This document shows, piece after piece, positions 10,534 through 19,958 of a stretch of 57,883 nucleotides of DNA. This DNA is from Calditerrivibrio nitroreducens (GTDB taxonomy: Bacteria; Chrysiogenota; Deferribacteres; Deferribacterales; Calditerrivibrionaceae). Position 1 is the stretch's first letter; the number at the start of each line of letters is the position of its first letter. Location: positions 1 to 57,883 of the forward strand of contig PNIN01000051.1 in NCBI GenBank assembly GCA_002878065.1, read 5' to 3'. Below the pieces are notes generated by a model. It searched no databases. It saw nothing but the letters and a program-made list of their open reading frames with translations, and had not been told where the DNA came from. The translations under genes were made by a program, and so were the position numbers.

Positions 10534-11402
10534 GCAACCTTGGTAGTATCCTTAAAAATCGCAGGGAAGAACTCGGCAAAGATATTCAAACTGTCTCAAA
10601 AGAGCTAAGAATCAACCAAAAATATTTACAGGCAATTGAAAATGGTGACTTCAGATCTTTGCCCTCCTATGTCCATTGCTACGGTTTCGTGAAAAACTAC
10701 ATAAAATATCTGGCCCTAAACGAACAGGAGATGATGAAACTATTCTCCCAGGAATGCCCAAAATCGATATTCAACCCTAATATAAAAAATGAAAATACCC
10801 AGATATTTGATGAAGTAAATAAAGAAGTATCCAAGTCGCAAATTAAGAAAAGAGTATATATATATTCCACCATATCGATAATTTTTATACTAATTGCAAT
10901 TATATATATCTATTCGATAAAAAAAACTAAAATAGTTAATAATGAATCTGCAGTAAAATCATCATCTGAAAACTTATCAGTATCACCCATAAATGATAAT
11001 TCAGATAAAAACTCTCCTAAAACAACTGACAACATAGATTTAAATAATCCCCAATTGGACAACAAAGCAATACTTCAGCAATTGTATGACAACTCAGCAT
11101 CACCAAAAGATAACTCAGCAGACAACAAAACAGTTTTAAAACAGGTAAAACTATCATTTTACAATACCTGTTGGGTAAATGTGAAAATAGATAACAAAAC
11201 AGAGCTGGATTTCATAGCGAAACCGGGATATACAAGAGAGTTTTCGTTCAAAGATTTTTTTATCATAGACATAGGTGACGCATCAGCCATATCGATAAGT
11301 TACAATAATCAAACTATTGGAGGTTTGGGTAAACCAAGAGAATCTATTAAAAATCTTTATTTTACGTTGAATAATGACAAACTAACATATACAAAAAAGT
11401 AG
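10530..11402 (+). CDS. rodZ: RodZ-like protein (HTH, TM, DUF4115)
   Basis: LGSILKNRRE..YLQAIENG..GFVKNY HTH, single TM, CWVNV..IGDA C-terminal domain. Confidence 0.8.
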   Translation: MSNLGSILKNRREELGKDIQTVSKELRINQKYLQAIENGDFRSLPSYVHCYGFVKNYIKYLALNEQEMMKLFSQECPKSIFNPNIKNENTQIFDEVNKEVSKSQIKKRVYIYSTISIIFILIAIIYIYSIKKTKIVNNESAVKSSSENLSVSPINDNSDKNSPKTTDNIDLNNPQLDNKAILQQLYDNSASPKDNSADNKTVLKQVKLSFYNTCWVNVKIDNKTELDFIAKPGYTREFSFKDFFIIDIGDASAISISYNNQTIGGLGKPRESIKNLYFTLNNDKLTYTKK

Positions 11403-11483
11403 CAAATTTAACCTTGAATTTTGACAAATACAGTGTATATTAATAAGACAAAAAAGGTATAAATTAAAATAGTGGAGTTACTA

Positions 11484-12665
11484 ATGATTTATCTTGATAA
11501 CGTGGCAGGTACAAAGCCTGATCCAAGAGTAGTAGAAAAGATGTTACCTTTTCTTACAGAGAAGTATGGTAATCCGAGCGCTCACTTTTACCCTCTGGGT
11601 AGAGAATCTTTTCAGGCTATAAATGAAGCAAGAGAAAATGTGGCAAACTTGATAAACGCAGAGCCTGATGAAATAATTTTTACTTCCTGTGGTACCGAAT
11701 CAAACAATCTTGCAATCAAAGGTGTGGCTAATAGCTTCAAGTATGAAGGGAAAAAACATATTGTAATCTCCGAGATCGAGCATTTTTCCATTCAGAATGT
11801 CACAGCAAAGCTCTCCAACCAGGGTTATAAAACCACTAAATTAAAAGTGGATAACAACGGCAAGATAAATCTCGAAGATTTGAAAAAAGCCATCAATGAC
11901 GATACTCTTATAGTTTCAATAATGCATGCAAATCCAGAGATAGGTGTAATACAAAACATTCAGGAAATTGGTGAAGTATGCAAAGAAAAAGGTGTTCTTT
12001 TTCATGTGGATGCTATAGCTTCCACCGGGCATATAGATGTGGATGTAAAAAAATTTAACTGTGACCTTTTGAGTCTTTCCGCCCAAAATTTCTACGGACC
12101 AAGAGGAGTAGCAGCCCTTTATATTAAAAAAGGGGTCCATATTAGCCCTTTATTTGATGGTGGCTACCAGGAAAATGGATTCAGAAGTGGATCTGAAAAT
12201 GTCCCCGGCATAGTGGGGCTTGGGGAAGCAGCTAAAATTGCAAAGCTTGAAATGGTTCAATATTCAAAGAACATGAAATACTTAAGGGATAAACTCATTA
12301 ATGCCCTAAAAGGTATGTTTAGTTTTCTACACATAACAGGGGATGAAAAGGACAGGCTACCTGGCCATGTAAGCTTCTGGATTGAGTACATTGAAGGGGA
12401 ATCTATTTTACTATGGTATGCATTAAAGGGGATATGTGCTGCAAGTGGATCCGCATGCTCATCAAATATTCTGGCAGAAGATGAAGAAGATTTAGCAGCT
12501 TCCCATGTATTGACTGCAATAGGAGTACCAAATGATATCTGTGCTGGTTCCATTACATTTTCAATGTCTAAATACACCACAGAATCAGAAATTGATGAAG
12601 TAATAAAGGTGACACCGGAAATTGTAAATAGATTGTGTGAAATGTCACCATACTATAAAAAATAA
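11484..12665 (+). CDS. iscS: IscS/NifS-like cysteine desulfurase homolog, atypical PLP site
   Basis: YLDN, YGNPS, FTSCGTESNN, ASGSAC; but SAQNFYGPRG replaces canonical SxHKxYGPKG. Confidence 0.88.
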   Translation: MIYLDNVAGTKPDPRVVEKMLPFLTEKYGNPSAHFYPLGRESFQAINEARENVANLINAEPDEIIFTSCGTESNNLAIKGVANSFKYEGKKHIVISEIEHFSIQNVTAKLSNQGYKTTKLKVDNNGKINLEDLKKAINDDTLIVSIMHANPEIGVIQNIQEIGEVCKEKGVLFHVDAIASTGHIDVDVKKFNCDLLSLSAQNFYGPRGVAALYIKKGVHISPLFDGGYQENGFRSGSENVPGIVGLGEAAKIAKLEMVQYSKNMKYLRDKLINALKGMFSFLHITGDEKDRLPGHVSFWIEYIEGESILLWYALKGICAASGSACSSNILAEDEEDLAASHVLTAIGVPNDICAGSITFSMSKYTTESEIDEVIKVTPEIVNRLCEMSPYYKK

Positions 12666-12684
12666 AGTCAATTTGGAGGATAAT

Positions 12685-13125
12685 ATGGCAAAAGGACCAT
12701 ACAGCGACAAAGTTATGGATCACTTTATGAACCCAAGAAACATGGGTGAGATTGAGGATGCAAACGGTGTAGGAGAAGTGGGAAACCCTGCCTGCGGAGA
12801 TGTGATGAAGCTCTTTTTCAAAATCGATGACAACGGCGTAATTCAGGATGTTAAATTTAAAACGTTTGGTTGTGGAGCAGCAATAGCTTCGAGCTCGATG
12901 GCTACCGAGCTTTTAAAGGGTAAAACAGTAGAAGAGGTATTGGAGCTTACAAACAACGCAATTGTGGAAGCTCTGGATGGTTTACCACCCGCCAAGATTC
13001 ACTGTTCAGTTATGGCTGAAGAAGCAATTGAAGCTGCTCTAAAAGATTACTACAAAAGGATTGGAAAAGATCCTTCGATAGTAGATGAGATGAAGGCAAA
13101 AATAAAAAATAGAGTAAAAAGTTAA
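12685..13125 (+). CDS. iscU: Fe-S scaffold IscU/NifU-N
   Basis: YSDKVMDHF, GNPACGD, FGCGAAIASSS, KIHCS; GGAGG before MAKGPY. Confidence 0.95.
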   Translation: MAKGPYSDKVMDHFMNPRNMGEIEDANGVGEVGNPACGDVMKLFFKIDDNGVIQDVKFKTFGCGAAIASSSMATELLKGKTVEEVLELTNNAIVEALDGLPPAKIHCSVMAEEAIEAALKDYYKRIGKDPSIVDEMKAKIKNRVKS

Positions 13126-13140
13126 ACCAAGGAGGATATA

Positions 13141-13368
13141 ATGACCTTAAAAGAAAGAGTTGAAGAAGTTCTAAAAAAAGTTCGTCCAGCTTTACAGGCT
13201 GATGGTGGCGATGTGGAGCTTCTGGGAGTTACCGATGACGGGGTAGTAAAAGTTCAGCTCACAGGTGCTTGTGGCAGCTGCCCATTTAGTACAATGACAT
13301 TAAAACATGGAATCGAAATGAGACTAAAAGATGAAATACCTGAGATAAAAGAGGTAGTTTCTTTTTAA
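13141..13368 (+). CDS. Nfu/NifU-C Fe-S carrier
   Basis: [23 protein letters not shown]. Confidence 0.95.
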   Translation: MTLKERVEEVLKKVRPALQADGGDVELLGVTDDGVVKVQLTGACGSCPFSTMTLKHGIEMRLKDEIPEIKEVVSF

Positions 13369-13399
13369 ATTTATATCATATTGCAACAAATCAACATCA

Positions 13400-13437
13400 G
13401 CTTCAGTCAGATATAAGAATTAATCTCTGACTGAAGC
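13400..13437 (+). terminator. Hairpin after the Fe-S operon, probable terminator
   Basis: Perfect 12-bp stem GCTTCAGTCAGA/TCTGACTGAAGC; weak U tract. Confidence 0.6.
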
Positions 13438-13551
13438 GTAAATTTTTAAATTCAATTTAAGTATAACGATTCTTTTATGCCAAATCCCATTCCTATTATA
13501 CAATTTAATTTTTCGATATGACGACAAACCCTACATCCTGATCAAAACAAA

Positions 13552-14214
13552 AGAAACTATTTTCTACCAAACCTCACAAATCTTACCCTAGATGATAAGA
13601 TATTATCCAGCTTTGACGTAGAGAATATAGATTTAGAAGTGCTTTTGTATCAGTCAGGGTATTTAACCATTGAAAAGATGATTCAAAATGAACTGCTTCA
13701 AACAATAGAGTATAAGCTAAAAATACCCAATATTGAGGTGCAGATATCTTTGAATGATTATATCATAAATTATCTTTTTAGGACGGATACAAAGATAAAA
13801 GATCCACTGATTAAATCGCTTTATTACGGTAAACCTGAAGAATTAAAGGATACTTTGACGACTTTATTTGCTTCAATTCCATACACCAATTATACAAACA
13901 ACGACCTAAAGCTATACGAAGGTTTTTATGCCAGTGTGGTATATTCCTATCTTGCATCCCTTGGTGTGGATTTAATCGGTGAGGATGTGACGAATAATGG
14001 TAGGGTTGATTTAACGGTATTTGTGTCAGATAAGATATACGTTATAGAATTTAAAGTGGATGGTGAGAAAGGTGAAGCATTATCACAGATAAAACAGAAA
14101 AACTACGCCCAGAAGTATTTGAATACAGGTAAAGATATTTACCTTGTGGGAATAGAATTTAGCTCTGAAGAGAAGAATATCGTAAATTTTGAGTGGGAAA
14201 AGGTAAAACGTTAG
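13552..14214 (+). pseudogene. 5'-truncated AAA-ATPase-like / PD-(D/E)XK nuclease protein
   Basis: Frame open upstream of the GTG (RNYFLPNL..SSFDVENIDLEV), LLYQSGYLTI, EGFYASVVY, GRVDL..IEFK..QIKQKNY; N-terminal ATPase part absent, no SD/start. Confidence 0.8.
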
Positions 14215-14259
14215 AAAGTTAAAACGTTGAACATTGGACTTATAACTTAGAACGTTGAA
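14207..14259 (+). repeat. Degenerate 7-8 nt tandem repeat tract (AACGTT(A)G-like), left copy
   Basis: aacgttagaaagttaaaacgttgaacattggacttataacttagaacgttgaa. Confidence 0.65.
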
Positions 14260-14296
14260 AAAAATACTGGGGATTACCTAAAAAGGGTAAAGTACG

Positions 14297-14616
14297 TTAG
14301 GCAAAGAGGCTAAAGCAAGGATAAAAATCAATAAGCTTTTAGAAGAAGCCGGCTGGTGTTTTTTTGATACCGAACAAGGGAAAGCGAATATGCTATTAGA
14401 AAACAATGTTAAGATAACGGAAAAAGCTCAACGAGTTTGGTAAAAATTTTGAATACACCAAAAATGGGTATATTGATTTTTTGCTACTCGATGAAAAAGT
14501 TTTTCCTCTTGTGGTACTGGAAGCCAAAGCAGAAAATGAAAATCCGCTGTTTGGGAAAGAACAAGCTAGAAAATACGCACAGACACAAGGGTGTAGGTTT
14601 GTTATTCTTTCAAAAA
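14297..14616 (+). pseudogene. Type I restriction HsdR N-terminal remnant 1
   Basis: KEAKARIKINKLLEEAGW, frameshift, GYIDFLLLD..LVVLEAK..GKEQARKYA..FVILS. Confidence 0.75.
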
Positions 14617-14625
14617 GGAGCTTTT

Positions 14626-15258
14626 ATGTCAACTGAAAGCGAATGGAAAACAAGAAAAATAAGGATTGATACAAAACTAAAAGCATTAATCCAGCTTGGG
14701 AAGTTATCCCATATAAAGAAAGTCTTGATTTTGCTTTACTAACACATCATGCCGTAGAAGAGTTCCAACAGATAACGGACCGGCTGATTATGCACTTTTT
14801 GTCAAAGGAAAATTATTGGTTATTATTGAAGCAAAAAAAGTTTCTGTAGATCCTCAAAACGTATTGGGACAGGCAAAACGTTATTCCAAAGGTTGCAAAA
14901 GTATTGTTGGCGTCTGGAATTCTTTTAAAATTCCTTTTTTGTATCCTTCCAATGGTACATAAATTTGGTTTGTCGATGTAAGAGAGGACAATTATTATTC
15001 TCGTGAATTATTAAATTTCCATACAATAGATGCAATATGTATAAGGCTAAGCAATGGCTTGTTATTAATCCTATTGATTTTAAAAGATTACGTCCTTATC
15101 GAAATGAGGCAATAAAAGCTGTAGAAAATGCTCTTATTGATAATAAAAGGAAAATGATGCTTGCTATGGCAACTGGTACAGGCAAGACATTTACCACCGT
15201 TTGTATGATATCCCTGTTGATAAAATCCAGTTATGCGGAGCGTATCCTTTGTGATTAA
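14626..15258 (+). pseudogene. Type I restriction HsdR remnant 2 (nuclease + helicase start)
   Basis: AAGGAG+ATG; MSTESEWKTRKIRIDTKL, frameshifts, GPADYALF..IIEAKK..QAKRYS, then LRPY..EAI..LAMATGTGKT Walker A. Confidence 0.8.
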
Positions 15259-15360
15259 AATTTTTCTCACTATCAAGACTACGGAGGTGAAAAAGAGTTA
15301 AAGGATAATAAAAAGTTATAGTATAAAAGAGAATAACTAATGAACAGATAGAAAATAGTG

Positions 15361-15400
15361 TTCTACGTTAAATATTCTAAGTTCAACGTTCTAACGTTCC
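15361..15400 (-). repeat. Same degenerate repeat tract, inverted right copy
   Basis: ttctacgtt..ttctaagttcaacgttctaacgttcc; TTCAACGTTCTAA (15382-15394) is the exact reverse complement of 14247-14259. Confidence 0.65.
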
Positions 15401-15467
15401 AGTTAAATTTCTATTGCATTTTTTGAATATAAATTTATATTATAATGAAAAATTAAGATTTGATACA

Positions 15468-15584
15468 ATGAAGATAAAAGTATTAGTGACAGATTTTAGA
15501 AATTATTAGATTTAATACAAAACAACATTAGCTGCTGTAGAAGAGTTAGATATTGAATATGCAACTTTGGATATTGCATACTAA
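15468..15584 (+). pseudogene. Possible remnant of a small MTH895-like thioredoxin gene
   Basis: MKIKVL start and ..LAAVEELDIEY segment; CxxC lost, early stop. Confidence 0.4.
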
Positions 15585-15608
15585 AAGGGGATAATCCCCC
15601 CCTTTTTT
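15583..15608 (+). terminator. Rho-independent terminator
   Basis: AAAAGGGG-ATAAT-CCCCCCC-TTTTTT. Confidence 0.65.
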
Positions 15609-15653
15609 AGTCAAATATTTTTATATTTGTAGAAATATAGAAGGAGATCTGTT

Positions 15654-16397
15654 ATGAATATTACAGTTAGTGTTTTGTCGTTTATCTTATCTTTTGTGTT
15701 TGCGTTGGGCGGAGTTGGATCTGCAGTAGTGCTTGTGCCAATAATGTTTTCACTTGGGATACCGATTAATGAGGCAAAACCGACAGGGTTGTTTATTAAT
15801 ACTACAAGCCTTTCGGCGGCAAGCTTTTCAAATATTAAACATAAAAGAGTAGATTTTAAATTGGGAATGCCGATTATCATATCGTCGATGCTTTTGGCAC
15901 CTGTGGGGGCTTATTTGTCATTATTTATTAATAAAACTATTGTGATGATAATCTTTATAGTGTTTTTGCTATTTTCGAGTGGAGTGATGATCTTTTTTAA
16001 TCCAAAGAAGTATGAAGATAAATTTAGAGATGATAGGCCACTTGGTTTATTGGTGTTTACTGGAATTATCGCAGGCTTACTTTCAGGGCTACTTGGAATT
16101 GGTGCTGGAGGCTTAATTTCTCCTCTGCTTGTAGTATCAGGGTTTAATCCTAAAAAGGTTGTTACAATTACCGCGTTGGTAGTTCCTTTTTCATCATTAA
16201 CAGGTTTTTTGGCTTATTTGAAAATGGGGCATGTGAATATACAGTTGCTGATTTTTGCTGGTTTAGCTGCATATCTGGGAGGATACTTAGGCACACACTT
16301 TATGCATCTTAAAATGAAACCTATGACTGTTAAAAGATTTTTGGGCATTATAGTTTTTTTGATAGCCGTGGACTTAATAATAAAGTTATTTAAATAG
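15654..16397 (+). CDS. TauE/SafE sulfite exporter family permease
   Basis: GGVGSAVVLVP and GLLSGLLGIGAGGLISP glycine motifs, multi-TM. Confidence 0.88.
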   Translation: MNITVSVLSFILSFVFALGGVGSAVVLVPIMFSLGIPINEAKPTGLFINTTSLSAASFSNIKHKRVDFKLGMPIIISSMLLAPVGAYLSLFINKTIVMIIFIVFLLFSSGVMIFFNPKKYEDKFRDDRPLGLLVFTGIIAGLLSGLLGIGAGGLISPLLVVSGFNPKKVVTITALVVPFSSLTGFLAYLKMGHVNIQLLIFAGLAAYLGGYLGTHFMHLKMKPMTVKRFLGIIVFLIAVDLIIKLFK

Positions 16398-16406
16398 GAG
16401 GTAGCT

Positions 16407-16906
16407 ATGTTTAAAAGAAACAGAGAAATTGTAAACAGTATTGAAGGTTTGTAAGATCAAGAAAAAGAGTTTTTGTATTCTGCATTAAATATGCATGGAC
16501 ATGTTTGTGGTGGTATGCTTATGGGCTATGTGGCTGGGCTGTCAGCACTTAAGGCACTTAATGTGGAAAGAGAAAGAAATATGGACAAGATGGTAATCAT
16601 TAAAGTTGGAGATAAGCATGCTGTCGGATTCTTTGCTGATGGTGTACAGTTTATGACAGAATATAGACAAAAAGGTGTCAAGACGGCTGATGTGCCGCTG
16701 AGGTAGCTGAGCCAGGATTTAAAAGACCTTTTTCACTAAAGATTGAAGAAATAATCGATGTAGAGGGTCCATTTGAATTTAAAGTACCACAAGGCAAAGC
16801 TTGCTTTAACCTAGAATTGTGTGAATCTTGTGGCGATGCTGTAGCTGAAAACTATTTAAGGGTAACTGATGTTAAGAAAATCTGCCTTGACTGTTTTCAA
16901 TATTAA
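16407..16906 (+). pseudogene. FmdE-family protein with C-terminal Zn finger, disrupted
   Basis: GGAGG+ATG, premature TAA, HGHVCGGM, FADGVQF, frameshift/deletion, then CESCGDAVAE...ICLDC. Confidence 0.8.
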
Positions 16907-17038
16907 TCAACTTATTGAGGCCTGGATATATTTTAAGGTCTCATTAATAATTTTCCAAGATTGTTTAAAAAGTAAATTTAGAGTTGACATACGTAGTTTA
17001 ATTTTATATTTATAGAAATATCAATACGAGGTGCTACG

Positions 17039-17449
17039 ATGAAAAATAAATTTATACTGTTATTTTCTTTTGTGTTGCTTTTATTTATTGGTTGTTCTAA
17101 GGAAAAGAGTATTTCTGAAAATGTTTCTGATGTAAAGAATGGATCAGATAGTCATCTAATTACTTTTATTGAGCTTGGATCGGTAAATTGTGTTCCTTGT
17201 AAGATGATGCAACCAGTTATGAAAAATATAGAAAAGAGATTTGGATCACAGGTAAAAGTTATTTTTTATGATGTATGGACAAAAGAACAAGAAGGTTATG
17301 CTAAAATTTATAATATAAATGGTATACCTACTCAAGTTTTTTTAGATAAAAATGGCAATGAGATTGCTCGACACGTAGGTTTTTATCCTGAAGAAGAGTT
17401 AGCTGATTTTCTAAAATCAAGAGGTCTCAAAGAAATAGGCACAAAATGA
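17039..17449 (+). CDS. Thioredoxin-family lipoprotein
   Basis: Lipobox FIGC, CVPC, IPTQVF; TTGACA promoter and GAGGTG SD upstream. Confidence 0.9.
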   Translation: MKNKFILLFSFVLLLFIGCSKEKSISENVSDVKNGSDSHLITFIELGSVNCVPCKMMQPVMKNIEKRFGSQVKVIFYDVWTKEQEGYAKIYNINGIPTQVFLDKNGNEIARHVGFYPEEELADFLKSRGLKEIGTK

Positions 17450-18132
17450 TTGAGGCTATTTTTAGCAATATTAATTATCTTGTAAGTCAGCAAATTGCCA
17501 TTGCAATGGTGGCTGCTTTTGTGTGGGGGATAATAAGCGTCATTATCAGTCCATGCCACTTGAGCGGTATCCCTTTGATATGTGGCTACCTTATGAAAAG
17601 GACTGAAAACATTAAAAGTGCCTTCTGGTTATCATCTATTTTCTCTTTTGGAGTTTTAATTAGTATCGCCATAATCGGTGTAGTAACCATTTCTTTAGGG
17701 AGAATATTTGGTGATGTGGGGATTTTGGGAGATTTGTTGGTAGGTGCACTTTTTATAGTTTTTGGTGCATATCTTTTAGGTATTGTAAATCTTAACTGGA
17801 ATGGTTTTCAATACAAATCTGCTAAAGTGGGCATCTTATCAGTCTTTGTTATGGGATTTGTTTTTGGTATGGGACTTGGTCCATGTACATTTGCTTACAT
17901 CGCTCCTGTGGTAGGATTTACATTTAAAATGTCTTCAACAAAAATTTTAAGACCTGCTATACTGCTGTTATTTTACGCCGCTGGACACACATTAACTATT
18001 GCTATTGCAGGTGTGAGTGGGAACTTAGTTTCAAAGTTTCTGAAATTTAATGAAAAATTAAAATTTTTAAATCTATTTCAAAAAATTATCGGGATAGCTT
18101 TAATAATAATTGGTATATTTTATCTTTTTTAG
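17446..18132 (+). CDS. ccdA: CcdA/DsbD-family membrane electron transporter
   Basis: SPCH and GPCT Pro-Cys motifs, multi-TM. Confidence 0.85.
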   Translation: MIEAIFSNINYLVSQQIAIAMVAAFVWGIISVIISPCHLSGIPLICGYLMKRTENIKSAFWLSSIFSFGVLISIAIIGVVTISLGRIFGDVGILGDLLVGALFIVFGAYLLGIVNLNWNGFQYKSAKVGILSVFVMGFVFGMGLGPCTFAYIAPVVGFTFKMSSTKILRPAILLLFYAAGHTLTIAIAGVSGNLVSKFLKFNEKLKFLNLFQKIIGIALIIIGIFYLF

Positions 18133-18143
18133 GAGGTATAATT

Positions 18144-18505
18144 ATGGAAAATTTGATCAAAGGTATGACTATGGAAAATGTATTAAAATTAAGATTAAGT
18201 ACTGACAATGTGATTGAGCTTTTAAACAAAGGTGAGGCAATACTTTTGGATATCCGATACTCTTTTGAAACAGAAAATGGGGAATGAAATTTAGTTTAAA
18301 TATCCCATTGAATGAGTTGCCAGATAGAATTAATGAACTTCCGAAAGATAAGGTTATAATATCTGCATGTCCGCAAGATTTTAGGTCAAATATTGCCTGT
18401 CAATTTTTAAAATTGAATGGTTTTGATGCAAAAGTTTTAGTTGGAGGACTGCTTGCTCTTGCAGATAGTTTAAAGGCGATGGCTGCGAAGGATTTGATTT
18501 TATAA
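18144..18505 (+). pseudogene. Rhodanese-domain protein with a single frameshift
   Basis: AGGAGG+ATG 18144; LLDIRYSFETE, then a frame change at gaaaatgg to WGMKFSLNIPLNEL..SACPQDFRS. Confidence 0.8.
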
Positions 18506-18668
18506 AATTATTGCTATTAGACATTAGTGATAATATTTTCATTACGATGTAGACAGTTTGTGACATCTGAAATTGTACTACTTGTGGCTTAATTGTATGG
18601 ATAACGGTGCGACGGTAGATAGTATATTTCTGTTGACTAACTTTTTTTAAAATACTATACAATTTTTC

Positions 18669-19955
18669 ATGAACAAAAATAATGTTTGGTCTGTATTTAT
18701 CTCTACGTTTCTTTTTCTAATAGTGTCAGGCTCTATAGTTTTAATGATTCCTGGGATGTATAAAGGTAATCTACACTATATTGATGCACTTTTTACTTCA
18801 ACATCTGCGGTTTGTGTTACTGGACTGGTGGTTACGAATACGTCTAATTTTACTTTGATGGGTCAAATTGTAATTATTACATTGATTCAGCTTGGAGGAT
18901 TGGGTATTATGGTGCTTACTACATCTTTATTGCTTTTTCTCAGGGGGGAATTAGACCTCCAGCGTAGGGTTGTGATTACCAGTTTAATAGATGTCTATGC
19001 CCTAAACGAGGCTGAATATGTTTTAAGGTATATTGTACTGTATACTTTTTTCATTGAAATAATCGGAGCCATTTTCCTCACCATTGGTTTTTTAATGGAT
19101 GGTCACAGTCTGATAGCTTCTATTTTCCATGGCGTCTTTCATTCTGTTTCTGCTTTTTGTAATGCTGGGTTTTCGCCTTTTGATGATAGTATTATTGGTA
19201 TGAATTGGTTAATAAAAGTTAGCATAATGCTTTTAATTATATTTGGTGGGTTAGGTTTTTATGTAATTTATGATCTGCACAACTATTTTAAAAAAAGAGA
19301 CAATAAATTAAAACGTCTAAAGGTACATACAAAAATTGTATTAATTACTACAGCTTGTTTAATAATGTTTGGAGTAGTTATTTTAAGCATTTTGGAGCAT
19401 GATATGTCCTTATTGGATGGTTTTTTTCAGTCGGTCTCCGCGAGGACTGCTGGATTTAATTCTGTTGACCTTACTAAATTAACGAATATAAGTAAGTTTG
19501 CGTTGATAATACTAATGTTTATTGGTGCATCACCAGGTGGTACAGGTGGAGGTATAAAAACGTCTACGTTTGCAATAATGTTGTTATCTATAAAAAATAT
19601 CTTGAAAGGTGACAATAGGATTCTACTTTTCAATAGAGAAGTCCACTACACAAACATTCTGAAGTCGTTTTCTATCACGGCAATGTATATATTCATATTA
19701 ATAGTTGCTACTTTGCTAATGCTTTATTTTTATAATTATGATTTTATGGATATGCTATTTGAAGTGGCTTCAGCTCTTGGCACCGTAGGTTTGTCGCTGG
19801 GGATAACTATGAAAATTGGTTTGGCCGGAAAAATTATTCTTATAATATGTATGTTTGTGGGGAGAATAGGTGTCAGTGCTCTTGTACTTTCACTTGTGGG
19901 GTATGAGCATGTTTCAAATATAAGATATCCAGAAGAAAAAGTAATTTTGGGGTAA
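18669..19955 (+). CDS. ktrB: KtrB/TrkH potassium uptake membrane subunit
   Basis: SAVCVTGL, SAFCNAGF, RTAGF, GGTGGGIK, GTVGLS selectivity loops. Confidence 0.93.
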   Translation: MNKNNVWSVFISTFLFLIVSGSIVLMIPGMYKGNLHYIDALFTSTSAVCVTGLVVTNTSNFTLMGQIVIITLIQLGGLGIMVLTTSLLLFLRGELDLQRRVVITSLIDVYALNEAEYVLRYIVLYTFFIEIIGAIFLTIGFLMDGHSLIASIFHGVFHSVSAFCNAGFSPFDDSIIGMNWLIKVSIMLLIIFGGLGFYVIYDLHNYFKKRDNKLKRLKVHTKIVLITTACLIMFGVVILSILEHDMSLLDGFFQSVSARTAGFNSVDLTKLTNISKFALIILMFIGASPGGTGGGIKTSTFAIMLLSIKNILKGDNRILLFNREVHYTNILKSFSITAMYIFILIVATLLMLYFYNYDFMDMLFEVASALGTVGLSLGITMKIGLAGKIILIICMFVGRIGVSALVLSLVGYEHVSNIRYPEEKVILG

Positions 19956-19958
19956 AAT

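Noticed and set aside
14207-14259. CRISPR array
   Set aside because: Units are 7-8 nt, degenerate and without spacers; no cas genes
14437-14742. 101-aa ORF as a real gene
   Set aside because: Chimera of an off-frame part of hsdR remnant 1 and the start of remnant 2
13440-15650. Replication origin at the apparent skew switch
   Set aside because: No TTATCCACA-type DnaA box cluster and no dnaA/dnaN seen
18144-18300. Selenocysteine read-through of the rhodanese TGA
   Set aside because: Read-through meets TAA after three codons; homology continues in another frame
18506-18668. c-di-AMP (ydaO) riboswitch upstream of ktrBA
   Set aside because: No recognisable conserved riboswitch motifs, and the promoter appears to abut the start codon
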